A stretch of 64,000 nucleotides of DNA from Tagaea sp. (GCA_965279525.1 CBDIIB010000005.1:640001-704000); one strand, 5' to 3'. Positions 39,816-49,452 are shown, numbered from the stretch's first letter. Notes: a model not told the origin generated them from the letters alone. Translations and numbers: made by a program.

Positions 39816-40874
39816 CTAGCTGCGCCGCTTGCCGTGGCCGTTTGCCCTGCTTGGTGCCGCGACGGACCCGCGCAGCAGCATCGACGGCGCGAAGCGGAAC
39901 TCCGCCGGCGGGGTCTCCGGCTGTTTGAGGCGCAGCATGATGCGGTCGACCATCGTGCGCGCCAGTTCGGGCAAAGGCAGGCGCACTGTCGTCAATGGCG
40001 GCGAAGTGAACGCACCCAGCGGAATCCCGTCCATGCCGACGACGGAAGCGTCCGAGGGAACCCGGATACCGCACCGGGCAAGACCCGAGATCAGTCCGAT
40101 CGCCATCATGTCGTTTATCGCGATCGCTGCGGTCGGCCGGTCGGGATGGCGCGCGAACGGCTCCGCAAGGCCCTGCCCCAATTCGGCCATTTCCGCATCT
40201 GCGTAGATCGACGCGACGGCTCCCTCGATCACCACGCCCTTGAGGCCGCCCTCGCGGATCGCGGCAAGGAAACCCTTGCGCTTTTCGGCACGGCTGAAGG
40301 TCCAGATCTTCGGCGTCAGGAACGCGATCGTGCGATGGCCGGTCGCCGCCAGATGCTCGACCGCGAGACGCACGCCGGCGGCATTGTCCGCCGAGACATA
40401 ATCGAGGATCGGCCGCGCGTCGCGCCGCGTGTGGCTGTCGTAGCTGACCGCGACAAGACCGCGCTTGGCCGGCGCTTCGAGATGGCTCTCGTCGGCAAGC
40501 GAGGAGATGACGATCACGCCGCGCACGCCCTGTGCGGTCATGTCGTCGATGAAGGCGCGCTCATGGCGGGGGTCTCGGTTGGTGTTTCCGACGATGACGC
40601 GGAACCCGTAGCGGCGCGACTCCGTCTCGATCTCCCGCGCGAGCATGCCGTAGCTGGGGTTGCCGAGCGAGGGGACGAGCAGGCCGATCATCGACGCCTC
40701 GCCCGTCTTCAGTTGCCGGGCCGCGAGATTCGGGCGGTAGCCGAGCTGCGACATCGCCTTCTCGACGCGCGCCAGGGTCGCCTCGCCCATGCGGCCGGTC
40801 CGGCCGTTGAGAACGTTGGAGACCGTCGAGATCGAGACCTTGGCCAGCCTGGCCACGTCGGTGATGGTCGTCAT
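39816..40874 (-). CDS. LacI-family transcriptional regulator
   Basis: TITDVARLAKVSISTVSNVLN, YRPNLAAR, PPLTTV. Confidence 0.93.
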   Translation of the reverse strand: MTTITDVARLAKVSISTVSNVLNGRTGRMGEATLARVEKAMSQLGYRPNLAARQLKTGEASMIGLLVPSLGNPSYGMLAREIETESRRYGFRVIVGNTNRDPRHERAFIDDMTAQGVRGVIVISSLADESHLEAPAKRGLVAVSYDSHTRRDARPILDYVSADNAAGVRLAVEHLAATGHRTIAFLTPKIWTFSRAEKRKGFLAAIREGGLKGVVIEGAVASIYADAEMAELGQGLAEPFARHPDRPTAAIAINDMMAIGLISGLARCGIRVPSDASVVGMDGIPLGAFTSPPLTTVRLPLPELARTMVDRIMLRLKQPETPPAEFRFAPSMLLRGSVAAPSRANGHGKRRS

Positions 40875-40939
40875 GCGCGTGTTCTTCGGTTCATGGTGAC
40901 GCGTCCGGATCCTGGGCCATTCGAGACCCGGACCATCCT

Positions 40940-42232
40940 CTACCCCAGGACCATGCGTGGAATCCACGATGCCAGTTCGGGAAACAGCACGACCAAGACG
41001 AGAACGGCGACTTCTGCGGCAATGAAGGCCCAGCAATACCGGATTGTTTCGCTGTACGAGCATCCGGCGATGCTGGTCGCGACGAACAGCAGGACCGCGA
41101 CCGGCGGCGTGGTCGAGCCGATCTGCGTCGCCATCACCATCAGCAGGCCGAGATGGAAATCGTCGATGCCGAACTTGCGCCCGATGATGACGGCGACCGG
41201 GATCATGATGATCAGGATCGCCATCGAATCGACGAACATCGTCAGGACCAGCATCACTGCCATCAGGATCAGCAGCACGGCGATCCTGGTTCCGGCGACT
41301 GACGTGATTCCGGACAGCACCGCGTCGTTGAAGTTCAGGTACGAGAGCAGCCAGCCGAACGCCCCGGCCACGCCGATGATCCCCGACACCAGCGCCGTCG
41401 TGATCCCGGCCTGGATGAAGATCTCGGGAAGGTCGCTCAGCTTGACGGTGCGGTAGACGAAGAAGCCGATGAAGAAGCTGTAGAAACACGCGACGACGCC
41501 CGCTTCCGTCGCGGTGAAGACGCCGCCGAGGATGCCGCCGAGCACGAGCACCGGTGCCAGCAGTGCCGGCCACACGAGGACCGCGGCGCGCATCACGACG
41601 GCCAGGACGAACCGGCCCGACGTGCGGCGCAACTCCGGATAGTCGGGGTGTCTCGAATAGATCGCGATGACGATCATCAGGCCGATGCCGATCAGGATGC
41701 CCGGAATGATGCCGCCCAGGAACAGTCCGCCGATCGACACGTTGGCCATCGATCCGTAGACGATCATCGTCATGCTGGGCGGGATGATGGCGCCGATCGT
41801 GCCGGCACACGCGACGAGGGCTGCCGCGAAGCCGGGCTTGTAGCCGCGCGACTTCATCGCGGGAACAAGGATCGAGCCGATCGCGGACGTGTCGGCGACG
41901 GAGGAACCGGACACGCCGGCGAAGATCATGCTCGAGACGACCGAGGCGTGGCCGAGGCCGCCGCGCCAGTGCCCGACGGCCGCTTCCGCGAACTCGACAA
42001 GACGCTTGGAAATGCCGCCGCGCGAGATCAGTTCGCCGGCCAGGATGAAGTAGGGCAGCGCCAGCAGGCTGAAATTGTCCAGCATGGCGAACATCTTCTG
42101 GGGAAACAGCGCCGGCACCAGATTGGGCTCGAGAAGGATGCCGGCAAGGCCGACGATCCCCATCACCAGCAGGATGGGGATGCCCAGCGTGATGAGGCCC
42201 AGCAGGAAGGCGAAGAGCAGGACGAGCATCAT
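40940..42232 (-). CDS. TRAP transporter large permease (DctM)
   Basis: LALPYFILAG, GVSGSSVAD, IIPPS, FTATEA, TPPV. Confidence 0.92.
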   Translation of the reverse strand: MMLVLLFAFLLGLITLGIPILLVMGIVGLAGILLEPNLVPALFPQKMFAMLDNFSLLALPYFILAGELISRGGISKRLVEFAEAAVGHWRGGLGHASVVSSMIFAGVSGSSVADTSAIGSILVPAMKSRGYKPGFAAALVACAGTIGAIIPPSMTMIVYGSMANVSIGGLFLGGIIPGILIGIGLMIVIAIYSRHPDYPELRRTSGRFVLAVVMRAAVLVWPALLAPVLVLGGILGGVFTATEAGVVACFYSFFIGFFVYRTVKLSDLPEIFIQAGITTALVSGIIGVAGAFGWLLSYLNFNDAVLSGITSVAGTRIAVLLILMAVMLVLTMFVDSMAILIIMIPVAVIIGRKFGIDDFHLGLLMVMATQIGSTTPPVAVLLFVATSIAGCSYSETIRYCWAFIAAEVAVLVLVVLFPELASWIPRMVLG

Positions 42233-42711
42233 GGCGTCGGCACCGCCGTCTCGGGACGGAAGAAGGCGACGAGCCGGCGGACCGCGATCAGCGCCAGGTA
42301 GGCCGCACCGATCACCATGCCCAGATAGACATGATCCATGCGCCAGCCGAGGCCGGGACTGTCCTGGAATTTCGCCACTTCCATCAGGCGCAGCGTGTAG
42401 ATGCCGATCGCGGCGGCAAGCACGAGCCAGAGGATCTCGATGGCAAGCTCGATCGTCCGGCGCGCCGGCCGCGGAAGGCGGACCAGCAGCGCGTCCATTC
42501 CGATATGGGCACCGCGCCGGTAGGCGACGGGGATTGCGATGAAGACCATCCAGACATGGCCGAACTTCTGGAATTCCTCGCTCCAGCTCAACGGCAGGCC
42601 GAGGACGAAGCGGTTGAAGACCTGCAGCCCGCCGACCAACGAGAACGCAAGGAAGATGAGGAAGAGCGCGAACTCCATCGCGCGGTCGACGGCGTGCAGT
42701 GCGGCTTTCAT
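42229..42711 (-). CDS. TRAP transporter small permease (DctQ)
   Basis: QVFNRF, WSEE, HIGMD; 4 TM. Confidence 0.88.
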   Translation of the reverse strand: MKAALHAVDRAMEFALFLIFLAFSLVGGLQVFNRFVLGLPLSWSEEFQKFGHVWMVFIAIPVAYRRGAHIGMDALLVRLPRPARRTIELAIEILWLVLAAAIGIYTLRLMEVAKFQDSPGLGWRMDHVYLGMVIGAAYLALIAVRRLVAFFRPETAVPTP

Positions 42712-42733
42712 GTCGGTGTCCCTGGAGCCAGTG

Positions 42734-42764
42734 CGGCCGGCGGCGCGTTCGGCGCCGCCGGCCG
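42734..42764. repeat. GC-rich hairpin between dctP and dctQ (mRNA stabiliser/attenuator)
   Basis: CGGCCGGCGGCGC-GTTCG-GCGCCGCCGGCCG, 13-bp perfect stem. Confidence 0.65.
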
Positions 42765-42772
42765 GGGCTCGG

Positions 42773-43777
42773 CTACTTCGTCGCGCGGATCGTCCGGAGC
42801 AGATCTTCCGCGCCGATCTGCTTGGCAAGGTCGTCTTGCACCGGAGCCGCAGCCGAGATGAAAGGCTGCTTGTCAATCTGGTTGATGATCATGCCGCGCG
42901 CCTTGAGCGCCTCGAGCGCCTCAGCATCGCGCTGGGACGAGAGATTGCGGTTGACGTCCTGCGCCATCTTCGCCGCAGCGGCAAGAACCGTACGCTCCTT
43001 GTCCGTGTAGCCCGACCATTCCTTCATCGAGCACGCCGTGACGGTCGGTCCGAACAGATGGCCGGTGAGCGTCACGTACTTCGCGATCTCGTAGTATTTT
43101 CCGGTCAGCACGACCGGCGGCGCATGCTCGAAGCCGTCGAGCACGCCCGTCTGGAGCGCCGTATAGACCTCGCCGAACGCCATCGGCGTGGCGCTGGCGC
43201 CCATCGCGTTCAGCGCTGCGACGTACGTGGGCGTCTGGATGGTGCGGATCTTGAGGCCCTTGAGGTCGGCAGCCGTCTTGATTTCCTTCTTCGAGGTGAC
43301 GACGTTGCGGTAGCCCCAGCTGTCCTGCCAGCCGAGCACCTTGATGCCGCGACCCTCGTACTCCTTTGCAAGCGCTTGGCCGACAGGGCCGTCGAGCACG
43401 TTGTGCGCGTGGTCGTAGCCCTTCCACATGAAGGGCAGGTCGAGCACACCCATGCGGCGCACGAAGTTGTTGTGGATCGCGGTCCCGCCAATGTGGCACG
43501 TGGCGCCGGCACCCAGCTGCATGCCTTCGACGACCGCGCGCTCTTCGCCGAGCGCGTTCGCCGCATAGATGCGCGCATCCAATGTGTCGGAGTATTCGTT
43601 GATGTAGTTTTTCATCACCCACGCGACCATGTGGTTGTCGTTGCCGAGATCGGCAGCGGTCGCGTGGGACAGCTTGACCTGCTTCTTGGTCTGGGCGGTT
43701 GCGGTGTTCGGCGAGATGGCGGCGGCGGCAAGTGCCGCTGCGGCGACGAATCCGTACAGCATGGTCTTGCGGATCAT
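42773..43777 (-). CDS. TRAP transporter substrate-binding protein (DctP)
   Basis: Signal peptide, LDLPF, DLKGLKIR, MAFGEVYTALQTGVLDG. Confidence 0.92.
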   Translation of the reverse strand: MIRKTMLYGFVAAAALAAAAISPNTATAQTKKQVKLSHATAADLGNDNHMVAWVMKNYINEYSDTLDARIYAANALGEERAVVEGMQLGAGATCHIGGTAIHNNFVRRMGVLDLPFMWKGYDHAHNVLDGPVGQALAKEYEGRGIKVLGWQDSWGYRNVVTSKKEIKTAADLKGLKIRTIQTPTYVAALNAMGASATPMAFGEVYTALQTGVLDGFEHAPPVVLTGKYYEIAKYVTLTGHLFGPTVTACSMKEWSGYTDKERTVLAAAAKMAQDVNRNLSSQRDAEALEALKARGMIINQIDKQPFISAAAPVQDDLAKQIGAEDLLRTIRATK

Positions 43778-43830
43778 GGCGTTTCTCCCCTCTGGCGTTG
43801 GCTGCCCGGCTTATGCCGGATCTGCCTTGG

Positions 43831-43875
43831 TATATCGATTTAGTAGAACGTTACACCAGAACGCCGCCGAGTCAA
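43831..43875 (-). promoter_or_regulatory. Putative sigma70 promoter with overlapping LacI-type operator
   Basis: Minus strand TTGACT-N16-TAACGT; imperfect palindrome GTAGAACGTTACAC (43843-43856) and ATCGAT-centred site (43831-43842); LacI gene in the same operon. Confidence 0.55.
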
Positions 43876-43966
43876 GCCGGCGGCGGGTGCCAGGAGGGCG
43901 GGGTGCTGAAACGCGACCGGGAGCCCGCGCAAGGCAGGCTCCCGGCCGCCGGAGAATTCGACGCGA

Positions 43967-44731
43967 TCAGTCGGCCTGGCGCTGGGAAGATTCCGCCGTA
44001 CCGCCCGCCTTCGGCCAAGGCAGGATCATCGAGACTCGGGCCTTGTAGCGACGGTACTCGTCGCCGAACACGTCGATCAGGTCGCGCTCTTCGAGGGCGA
44101 TGCCGACGAAGATGTACGCCGTGGTCACGGCCGCGAACAGGAGATGGCCGACCGTCATCGTGGGGGCCGCCCAGAACGCGATGATGAAACCCAGATAGAG
44201 CGGATGGCGGACGAACTTGTAGAACAGCGGCGTACGGAAGCGATGCCCGGCCATCTCCCGGCCGACGAGGTTGTAGGCAACCTGGTTCAGGCCGAACAGC
44301 TCGAAATGGTTGATCAGGAACGTGCTCGACAGCACGAGACCGAAGCCGGCGAACGACAGGACCGTGACCGCCATCGCGATCGACGGGTCATTGATCTGCC
44401 AGACCACGCCGGGGATCGGCTGCCAGTGCGCGAACAGGGCGATCAGCACGAGGCTGGAGAGCAGCACGTAGGTGCTCCGCTCGACCGTCTTCGGCACGTA
44501 CTGCATCCACCATTCCTTGAACTGCCGGCGGGCCATCACGCTGTGCTGGATCGCGAACAGCGACATCAGCGCCAGGTTCACGAGCAGCGCTTCGGATATC
44601 GGCCCGACGGCGCCGGAATCGATGTGCTTGGGCACAAGCATGCCTTCGACGAAGCCGATCGCGTAAAGGAACGTGACGAAGAACACGATGTAGGACGCGA
44701 CGCCATAAGCGAACGCGATGAAACGGGTCAT
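43967..44731 (-). CDS. mddA: Methanethiol S-methyltransferase-like membrane methyltransferase
   Basis: GAGGAG RBS; FAIQHSVMAR, ERSTYV, INHFELFG, VRHPLYLG, LEERDL. Confidence 0.8.
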   Translation of the reverse strand: MTRFIAFAYGVASYIVFFVTFLYAIGFVEGMLVPKHIDSGAVGPISEALLVNLALMSLFAIQHSVMARRQFKEWWMQYVPKTVERSTYVLLSSLVLIALFAHWQPIPGVVWQINDPSIAMAVTVLSFAGFGLVLSSTFLINHFELFGLNQVAYNLVGREMAGHRFRTPLFYKFVRHPLYLGFIIAFWAAPTMTVGHLLFAAVTTAYIFVGIALEERDLIDVFGDEYRRYKARVSMILPWPKAGGTAESSQRQAD

Positions 44732-45093
44732 TGGCTCCTCCGATTTTGAAGTCGATCGAGTTGCCGGCGGGCACTGCGACAGCAAATGCTTCCGCGTGCG
44801 GGCGTATGCGACTCGAAAGAGGGTGGTCAGGCCGCAGTGAGTAAAGTGCGGGTCGACTCCGACGAATGACCAAACGTCCAAGAATCGATGCTCAAAATCC
44901 AGTTTTCAGCATGCAGCATATGATTGTATTGAATTTCGGGTGATTTTCCGATCATCGGCGCCAAAGGCTTTCCGAAGCGGCCGGGCGGTGTCTCGGCGCC
45001 AAGGAGAGTCCGTCGCGGGTGTGAATTCGTTTTACAGTGTGTATTCAATGGGGCGACATTGCGGGTCGCGACGGGTTGGAAAAGGAACAGGGC

Positions 45094-46395
45094 ATGGATG
45101 CGGCAACACGGGCACGAATGGCGGCGGAATCGCTGGGCGACGGCCCGGTCGGTCTGCTGCGCGAGATGATCGCCCGGCAGCGGGACGGCGAGGATGCCGT
45201 GCAGGCCTGCTTCGCTGCTGCCTGCGAAGCGGCCGGTGCCGAGGTCACACGCCATCGCTATCTGCCGTCCGACGTCCGGCCGCGCGAGGAATTTGCAGCG
45301 GGCCAGGTCATCGCGCCCGAGCCGCGCGAGGCGGTCGTCGCCCGCCTGAAGGGTACGGGCGGCGGGCGCAGCCTGCTGGTGTTCGCGCATCCGGACGGCG
45401 AACGGTTCGAGCCGGCACACGGCTGGCGCCATGATCCGTTCGGCGGCGCCATCGAGAACGGCCGCATGCATGGCTGGGGCATCGCCGACGATCTCGCCGG
45501 CGTGGCGACGATGGCCGGCGCGCTGCAGGCGCTGGCCAAAGGCGGGCTCAGGCCCGCCGGCGACGTGATCTTGTGCAGCACGCCGTCCAAGCGCCATGCG
45601 CGCGGCGTACATGCACTTCTCCAGGCAGGCATGCGCGCCGACGCTTCGGTCTATCTGCACCCGGCGGAATCGGGCAAGGGCATGCGCGAGGTGAAGACGC
45701 TCGCCCCCGGCCAGCTCGTGTTCCGGATCACCGTCGCCGGCCGACTGCCGGCCACGAACGAGCCCGACCACACGGCCTTCGCGCACAACGCCGTGAATCC
45801 GGTCGGAAAGGCACTGCTGGTCTGCCAGGCACTCGCCGCACTCGACGCAAGGCGTGGCACGCGCGTCGTGCATCCCACGCTGCAGGCGGCGATCGGCCGC
45901 TCGACGAACCTGCTGGTCGGCGATTTCGCCACGCTCGGCGACGGACGGGAGTCGCGCATCGCACCTAGTGTCCGCGTGTCCTGCGCGCTGTCGTTTCCGC
46001 CCGGCGAGAAGCTGGCCGACGTGCAGGCGGAAGTCGCCGCCGCGATCGCCGAGGCCGTCGCCGCGGATGCGTATATGCGCGATACGCCGCCGCTCGTCGA
46101 GTTCCTGTCGGGCGTGACCGGCGCCGAAGTGCCTGCGGGCCATCCGCTTCGCGCGGCCGTCGACGCCGCGATCCTGGAAGTGACCGGCAAGGCGCCGGTC
46201 GCCAATCCGCTGCACACGTCGTCCGACATCCGCAATCCGATCGTGCAGAGCGGCATCCCGTGCGTCGGCCTGGGCCCGTTGTGCGGCGATCTCACGCAGA
46301 ACGGCTCGCGCGACGAATGGGTCGATGTCGCGGACTACCGGCGCGGCGTGGGCGTGTTGGCGGGCGCCATCGCGCTGTGGTGCGGGCTCGCCTAG
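45094..46395 (+). CDS. M20/ArgE-DapE family metallohydrolase, atypical active site
   Basis: GTGGGRSL, FAHPD, WRHDPF, GWGIADD, DEWV. Confidence 0.8.
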   Translation: MDAATRARMAAESLGDGPVGLLREMIARQRDGEDAVQACFAAACEAAGAEVTRHRYLPSDVRPREEFAAGQVIAPEPREAVVARLKGTGGGRSLLVFAHPDGERFEPAHGWRHDPFGGAIENGRMHGWGIADDLAGVATMAGALQALAKGGLRPAGDVILCSTPSKRHARGVHALLQAGMRADASVYLHPAESGKGMREVKTLAPGQLVFRITVAGRLPATNEPDHTAFAHNAVNPVGKALLVCQALAALDARRGTRVVHPTLQAAIGRSTNLLVGDFATLGDGRESRIAPSVRVSCALSFPPGEKLADVQAEVAAAIAEAVAADAYMRDTPPLVEFLSGVTGAEVPAGHPLRAAVDAAILEVTGKAPVANPLHTSSDIRNPIVQSGIPCVGLGPLCGDLTQNGSRDEWVDVADYRRGVGVLAGAIALWCGLA

Positions 46396-46413
46396 ACGTC
46401 GAGGTTCGCCGGC

Positions 46414-46503
46414 TGGCCTGTGCCGGGTTCTGCGGACACCGAGATAGGTTCGATTACGGATCAGACACCACCCTCAACCGGGTGAGTTCACGGGCTCAGG
46501 CCA
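46414..46503 (-). mobile_element. ~90-bp miniature element with IS3-family-like ends (MITE), left copy
   Basis: TG...CA termini; terminal IR TGGCCTGTGCC / TGGCCTGAGCC; homologous to 63378 onward; at the GC transition. Confidence 0.65.
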
Positions 46504-46558
46504 CAGCAGTCATAGAAACTCGACGGTCATTGACCTCTGCCAGCAGGAAAGTACTTTC

Positions 46559-47497
46559 TTATTCTTCATCCTTTGACGAAGCGACCGCTGCGATCTGCTC
46601 TTCCTGCCAAGCGGCATATGACTTCTTTGTGCCTTTAACGCACCAAGAAGTACGGCCATTGTCCGGTCGCCCCACGATTACAGCTGAAGCGGCACTCGGG
46701 CTACGGAATGCGTAGTCGCGATAGAAGCGCAAACGCCCTGCCGCTCCGGGGATAAGCACACCCTCTTCGATAAGCCGCCGATGGAGTTCCTTGTAGTGGT
46801 GAGATGCAGTACCAATCCAAGATTCCTGCGCCTGAGAATTAGCGAAAACGACAAAGTCGCCGTCCATTTCACGTGCCTCGGCGCGAATATCATGCTTCTT
46901 GCTGATCAACTCGAAGATGGGAGATTCTGCTTCTATGACTTGATCAGCTCCCGCAGGCGCGATGGCTGCGGACTCGATTCTTGGCTGATCTTTCAGAAGC
47001 TCAAGTCCCAGTACTGGCAATACAATGCGTAATTGCTCAATGAAGAATTCCATATCGGAGAGATCGCCTTCGGGTAGTTGGCTGTGGTCCGGTGCCGTAC
47101 CGTTGAGCAGCTTGGCCCGCCCTGCCCCATTGGCTATGGCAATCAGACGGCTTTCCAAGTATCGCGCATGCGCCTTCGTCAGATTTTGATCCTTGCTAGT
47201 AACCACGCAAGTTCGCTCCCAGAATTCCTTGGCGTTGTCTTTGTTGTGCTGAACAAGTCTCTTGCCCACATTGTCGGTTTCGCCCACATAGACCAAAGGC
47301 TTGAGACCTTCCTCTGGGTCAGCTCCGGCCAGGATATAGATCCCGGTCCGCCCAACTTCGGGCCGCTGAATTAAATCGGCTAGACGCGATCGTGGGGCCA
47401 GAATTACGTGGCCGGTCCAATTCATGATCTCGGCGGTGATAATTCCACCCGGCGTTCCGTCAGCAAGAAAAAGACGGATGGATCGACCCTTTGTCAC
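46559..47497 (-). CDS. GIY-YIG nuclease with C-terminal DUF4357-like domain
   Basis: GRSIRLFLADGTP, GIYIL...VYVGET...RLVQH, YLESRLI, N; C-terminal FRSPSAASAVIVGRPDNGRTSW; lower GC. Confidence 0.85.
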   Translation of the reverse strand: MTKGRSIRLFLADGTPGGIITAEIMNWTGHVILAPRSRLADLIQRPEVGRTGIYILAGADPEEGLKPLVYVGETDNVGKRLVQHNKDNAKEFWERTCVVTSKDQNLTKAHARYLESRLIAIANGAGRAKLLNGTAPDHSQLPEGDLSDMEFFIEQLRIVLPVLGLELLKDQPRIESAAIAPAGADQVIEAESPIFELISKKHDIRAEAREMDGDFVVFANSQAQESWIGTASHHYKELHRRLIEEGVLIPGAAGRLRFYRDYAFRSPSAASAVIVGRPDNGRTSWCVKGTKKSYAAWQEEQIAAVASSKDEE

Positions 47498-47549
47498 GCC
47501 CTCACCTCAGTCAGCATGGCCCGAATGCGACATAGATGTAGCGATCCAC

Positions 47550-47671
47550 AGTAAGTGAGATTCGCCGGCGGCTAAGTTGTTGTTCGTGCTGTACGGCAAA
47601 AACTGCATGTCGTCGATGAATTGCAGAGTAAGTGAGATTCCGCGTTGTTGGAATCAGAGAACATGAGATTC
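47550..47671. repeat. 14-bp direct repeat in divergent intergenic region
   Basis: AGTAAGTGAGATTC at 47550 and 47627; partial TGAGATTC at 47664. Confidence 0.7.
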
Positions 47672-47838
47672 GAAATTCAGCCTTCATAATTTCAACTATT
47701 TACGATCTTCAAAACGAGCAGTTACGAACTGCGATTTTCGCCGACGCTCTACGAGCATCCCGCAGTCGATACGAATAGAAGTTGACGACCTCTGCTTTAG
47801 AACATTCAGTGAACTCGTCTTTTGAAAACGAGGTTCAA

Positions 47839-48075
47839 ATGTTCACGCTGTCCTGCCGCAGCTGCCGCCACTGGGAGTGTCGCTCCGACGAGCGATCGGG
47901 TGTCTGCCGCTTTTCCCCGCCCCGCAGCCTCACTCTGCTCTCCGCCACCGACGATCCCGAGCTTCGGGTCGTCTGGCCCGTGACCCTTGCCGACGATCGT
48001 TGCGGAGCTTGGAACGGCAACGCCCATCGCTACCGTGGCACAGCCAACGCTGGCCGCACATCGGAGGCCGGGTAA
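47839..48075 (+). CDS. Small Cys-rich protein (CxxCxxW...GxCRxxPP...WPxT...DRCGAW)
   Basis: GAGG RBS; 78 aa; stops 3 nt before the AAA ATPase; pattern recalled from phage/MGE hypotheticals. Confidence 0.65.
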   Translation: MFTLSCRSCRHWECRSDERSGVCRFSPPRSLTLLSATDDPELRVVWPVTLADDRCGAWNGNAHRYRGTANAGRTSEAG

Positions 48076-48078
48076 GTC

Positions 48079-49452
48079 ATGTTCATTCCCGATAACGAAA
48101 CCGAACTCGCCAAGCTGGTTCTCTGGACCAATCCTCCGAAGGACGAGATCAACGGGCGCCATCGCTCGAGATGGCTACTGGAGAACCTGGAGGAGCGACC
48201 GGCGCTCAAGTTCGTCGATGTGCCGAAAAAGGAAGAGGAGCTCTTCAAGTTTGCGCTAAAGCTCCGGGCTGTCGGCCGGCCAGGGCTCTATATCGCGTTT
48301 CTGGTCGTTCTGGCGCTGGGTGGGCATCCCTTCGCGTGCTTGATCACCGCCGGGATCCTTACCCAGCGGATCGCAGAGGGTACGTGTCGGAACGAGCGAG
48401 TCCTGAGGCGCCGGATCAATGGGTGGCTAAGCACCCCCAAGGCAGCCGACTTCACGAAGGCACTCGGTCTTCCGTCGATACTGTTCACATTGGATTTCGA
48501 CGAGAAGCGCATGGCCAGGGCTGCCGACCGGACAAGCGAACTCCGTCGCCAGATCGATCTTAACGAGCGGAAGGTCACGCTCATCGAAGGAACGCTCGAG
48601 AAGTGGAAGTCGGATGCGTCCAGTTCGGAGCGCTATGTCCGCCTCAACCGTTCACTGGACCTCAAAGGCAATGTCGATCGTGTCAGCAGCGACCGACTGA
48701 TCATTGCCCTACGCCACGAATACCCCTGGGCAGACGAACTTCTCCGGGATATCGGGATAGCCCTGACGCTCTCGATTTCCTCGGGCAAGCCGTGGCTTGC
48801 ACTCCCACCGCTCTTGCTCGTGGGGCCAGCGGGCGTCGGGAAGACCCGCTTCGTGCGGCGTCTGTCCGAACTCAGCGGTGTTCCCTTCCGAGTGGTCAAT
48901 GCCGGTGGCAGTTCCGACAGCCGGGACTTCTCCGGGACCGCCCGCGGCTGGGGAAGCGCCAAGCCGGCCCGGATCGTCGAGATCCTTCGCGAGACCGAGA
49001 CCGCCAATCCAATCGTCCTGATCGACGAGATCGACAAGGCCGGAGGCAGTGACCGAAACGGCCGAATGACAGCAACTCTGCTGACCATGCTGGAGCCAGA
49101 GACGCGCGGAAGGTTCTACGATGAGGCACTCGCTGCAAATGTCGACTTGTCGCACGTGAACTGGATTCTCACGGCAAACGACATCAGCTTACTTGGCCAG
49201 CCACTCCTGTCCCGCGTTCGGTTGGTCCGAATGCCGCAGCCGCCAGCCGCTCATGCCGGCCGGATCATCGAGACAGTCGTTGCTGACATCGGGCGCAAGC
49301 GCGGATGGCCGAAAGATGCCCTCCCCGAGCTTGAGGTGGAGGTGAAGTGCGCGCTGATCGCTGCAATAGAGAGGGGTATGTCGCCTCGGCGGCTCAATGC
49401 CGTTCTCGAAGAGATTCTTGCGATCGAGACGAGGCGGCGATTGGTATCATGA
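48079..49452 (+). CDS. Lon-like AAA+ ATPase without protease domain
   Basis: GPAGVGKT, NPIVLIDEIDK, LLTMLEPE, DLSHVNWILTAN, PLLSR; ORF ends after the AAA lid. Confidence 0.85.
   Translation: MFIPDNETELAKLVLWTNPPKDEINGRHRSRWLLENLEERPALKFVDVPKKEEELFKFALKLRAVGRPGLYIAFLVVLALGGHPFACLITAGILTQRIAEGTCRNERVLRRRINGWLSTPKAADFTKALGLPSILFTLDFDEKRMARAADRTSELRRQIDLNERKVTLIEGTLEKWKSDASSSERYVRLNRSLDLKGNVDRVSSDRLIIALRHEYPWADELLRDIGIALTLSISSGKPWLALPPLLLVGPAGVGKTRFVRRLSELSGVPFRVVNAGGSSDSRDFSGTARGWGSAKPARIVEILRETETANPIVLIDEIDKAGGSDRNGRMTATLLTMLEPETRGRFYDEALAANVDLSHVNWILTANDISLLGQPLLSRVRLVRMPQPPAAHAGRIIETVVADIGRKRGWPKDALPELEVEVKCALIAAIERGMSPRRLNAVLEEILAIETRRRLVS

Noticed and set aside
40875-41810. 664-aa ORF suggesting a LacI fusion
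   Set aside because: Upstream part is an off-frame read of dctM; LacI begins at 40874
46414-46503. tRNA, integron attC or CRISPR interpretation of the 90-bp element
   Set aside because: No cloverleaf, no RYYYAAC/GTTRRRY boxes, no regular repeat-spacer array or cas genes; flanks CGGC/CAGC are not a clean target duplication
48079-49452. Calling the ATPase a Lon protease or a lon pseudogene
   Set aside because: No LON N-domain or Ser-Lys protease domain and no downstream protease remnant, though slight truncation at the adjacent repeat cannot be excluded
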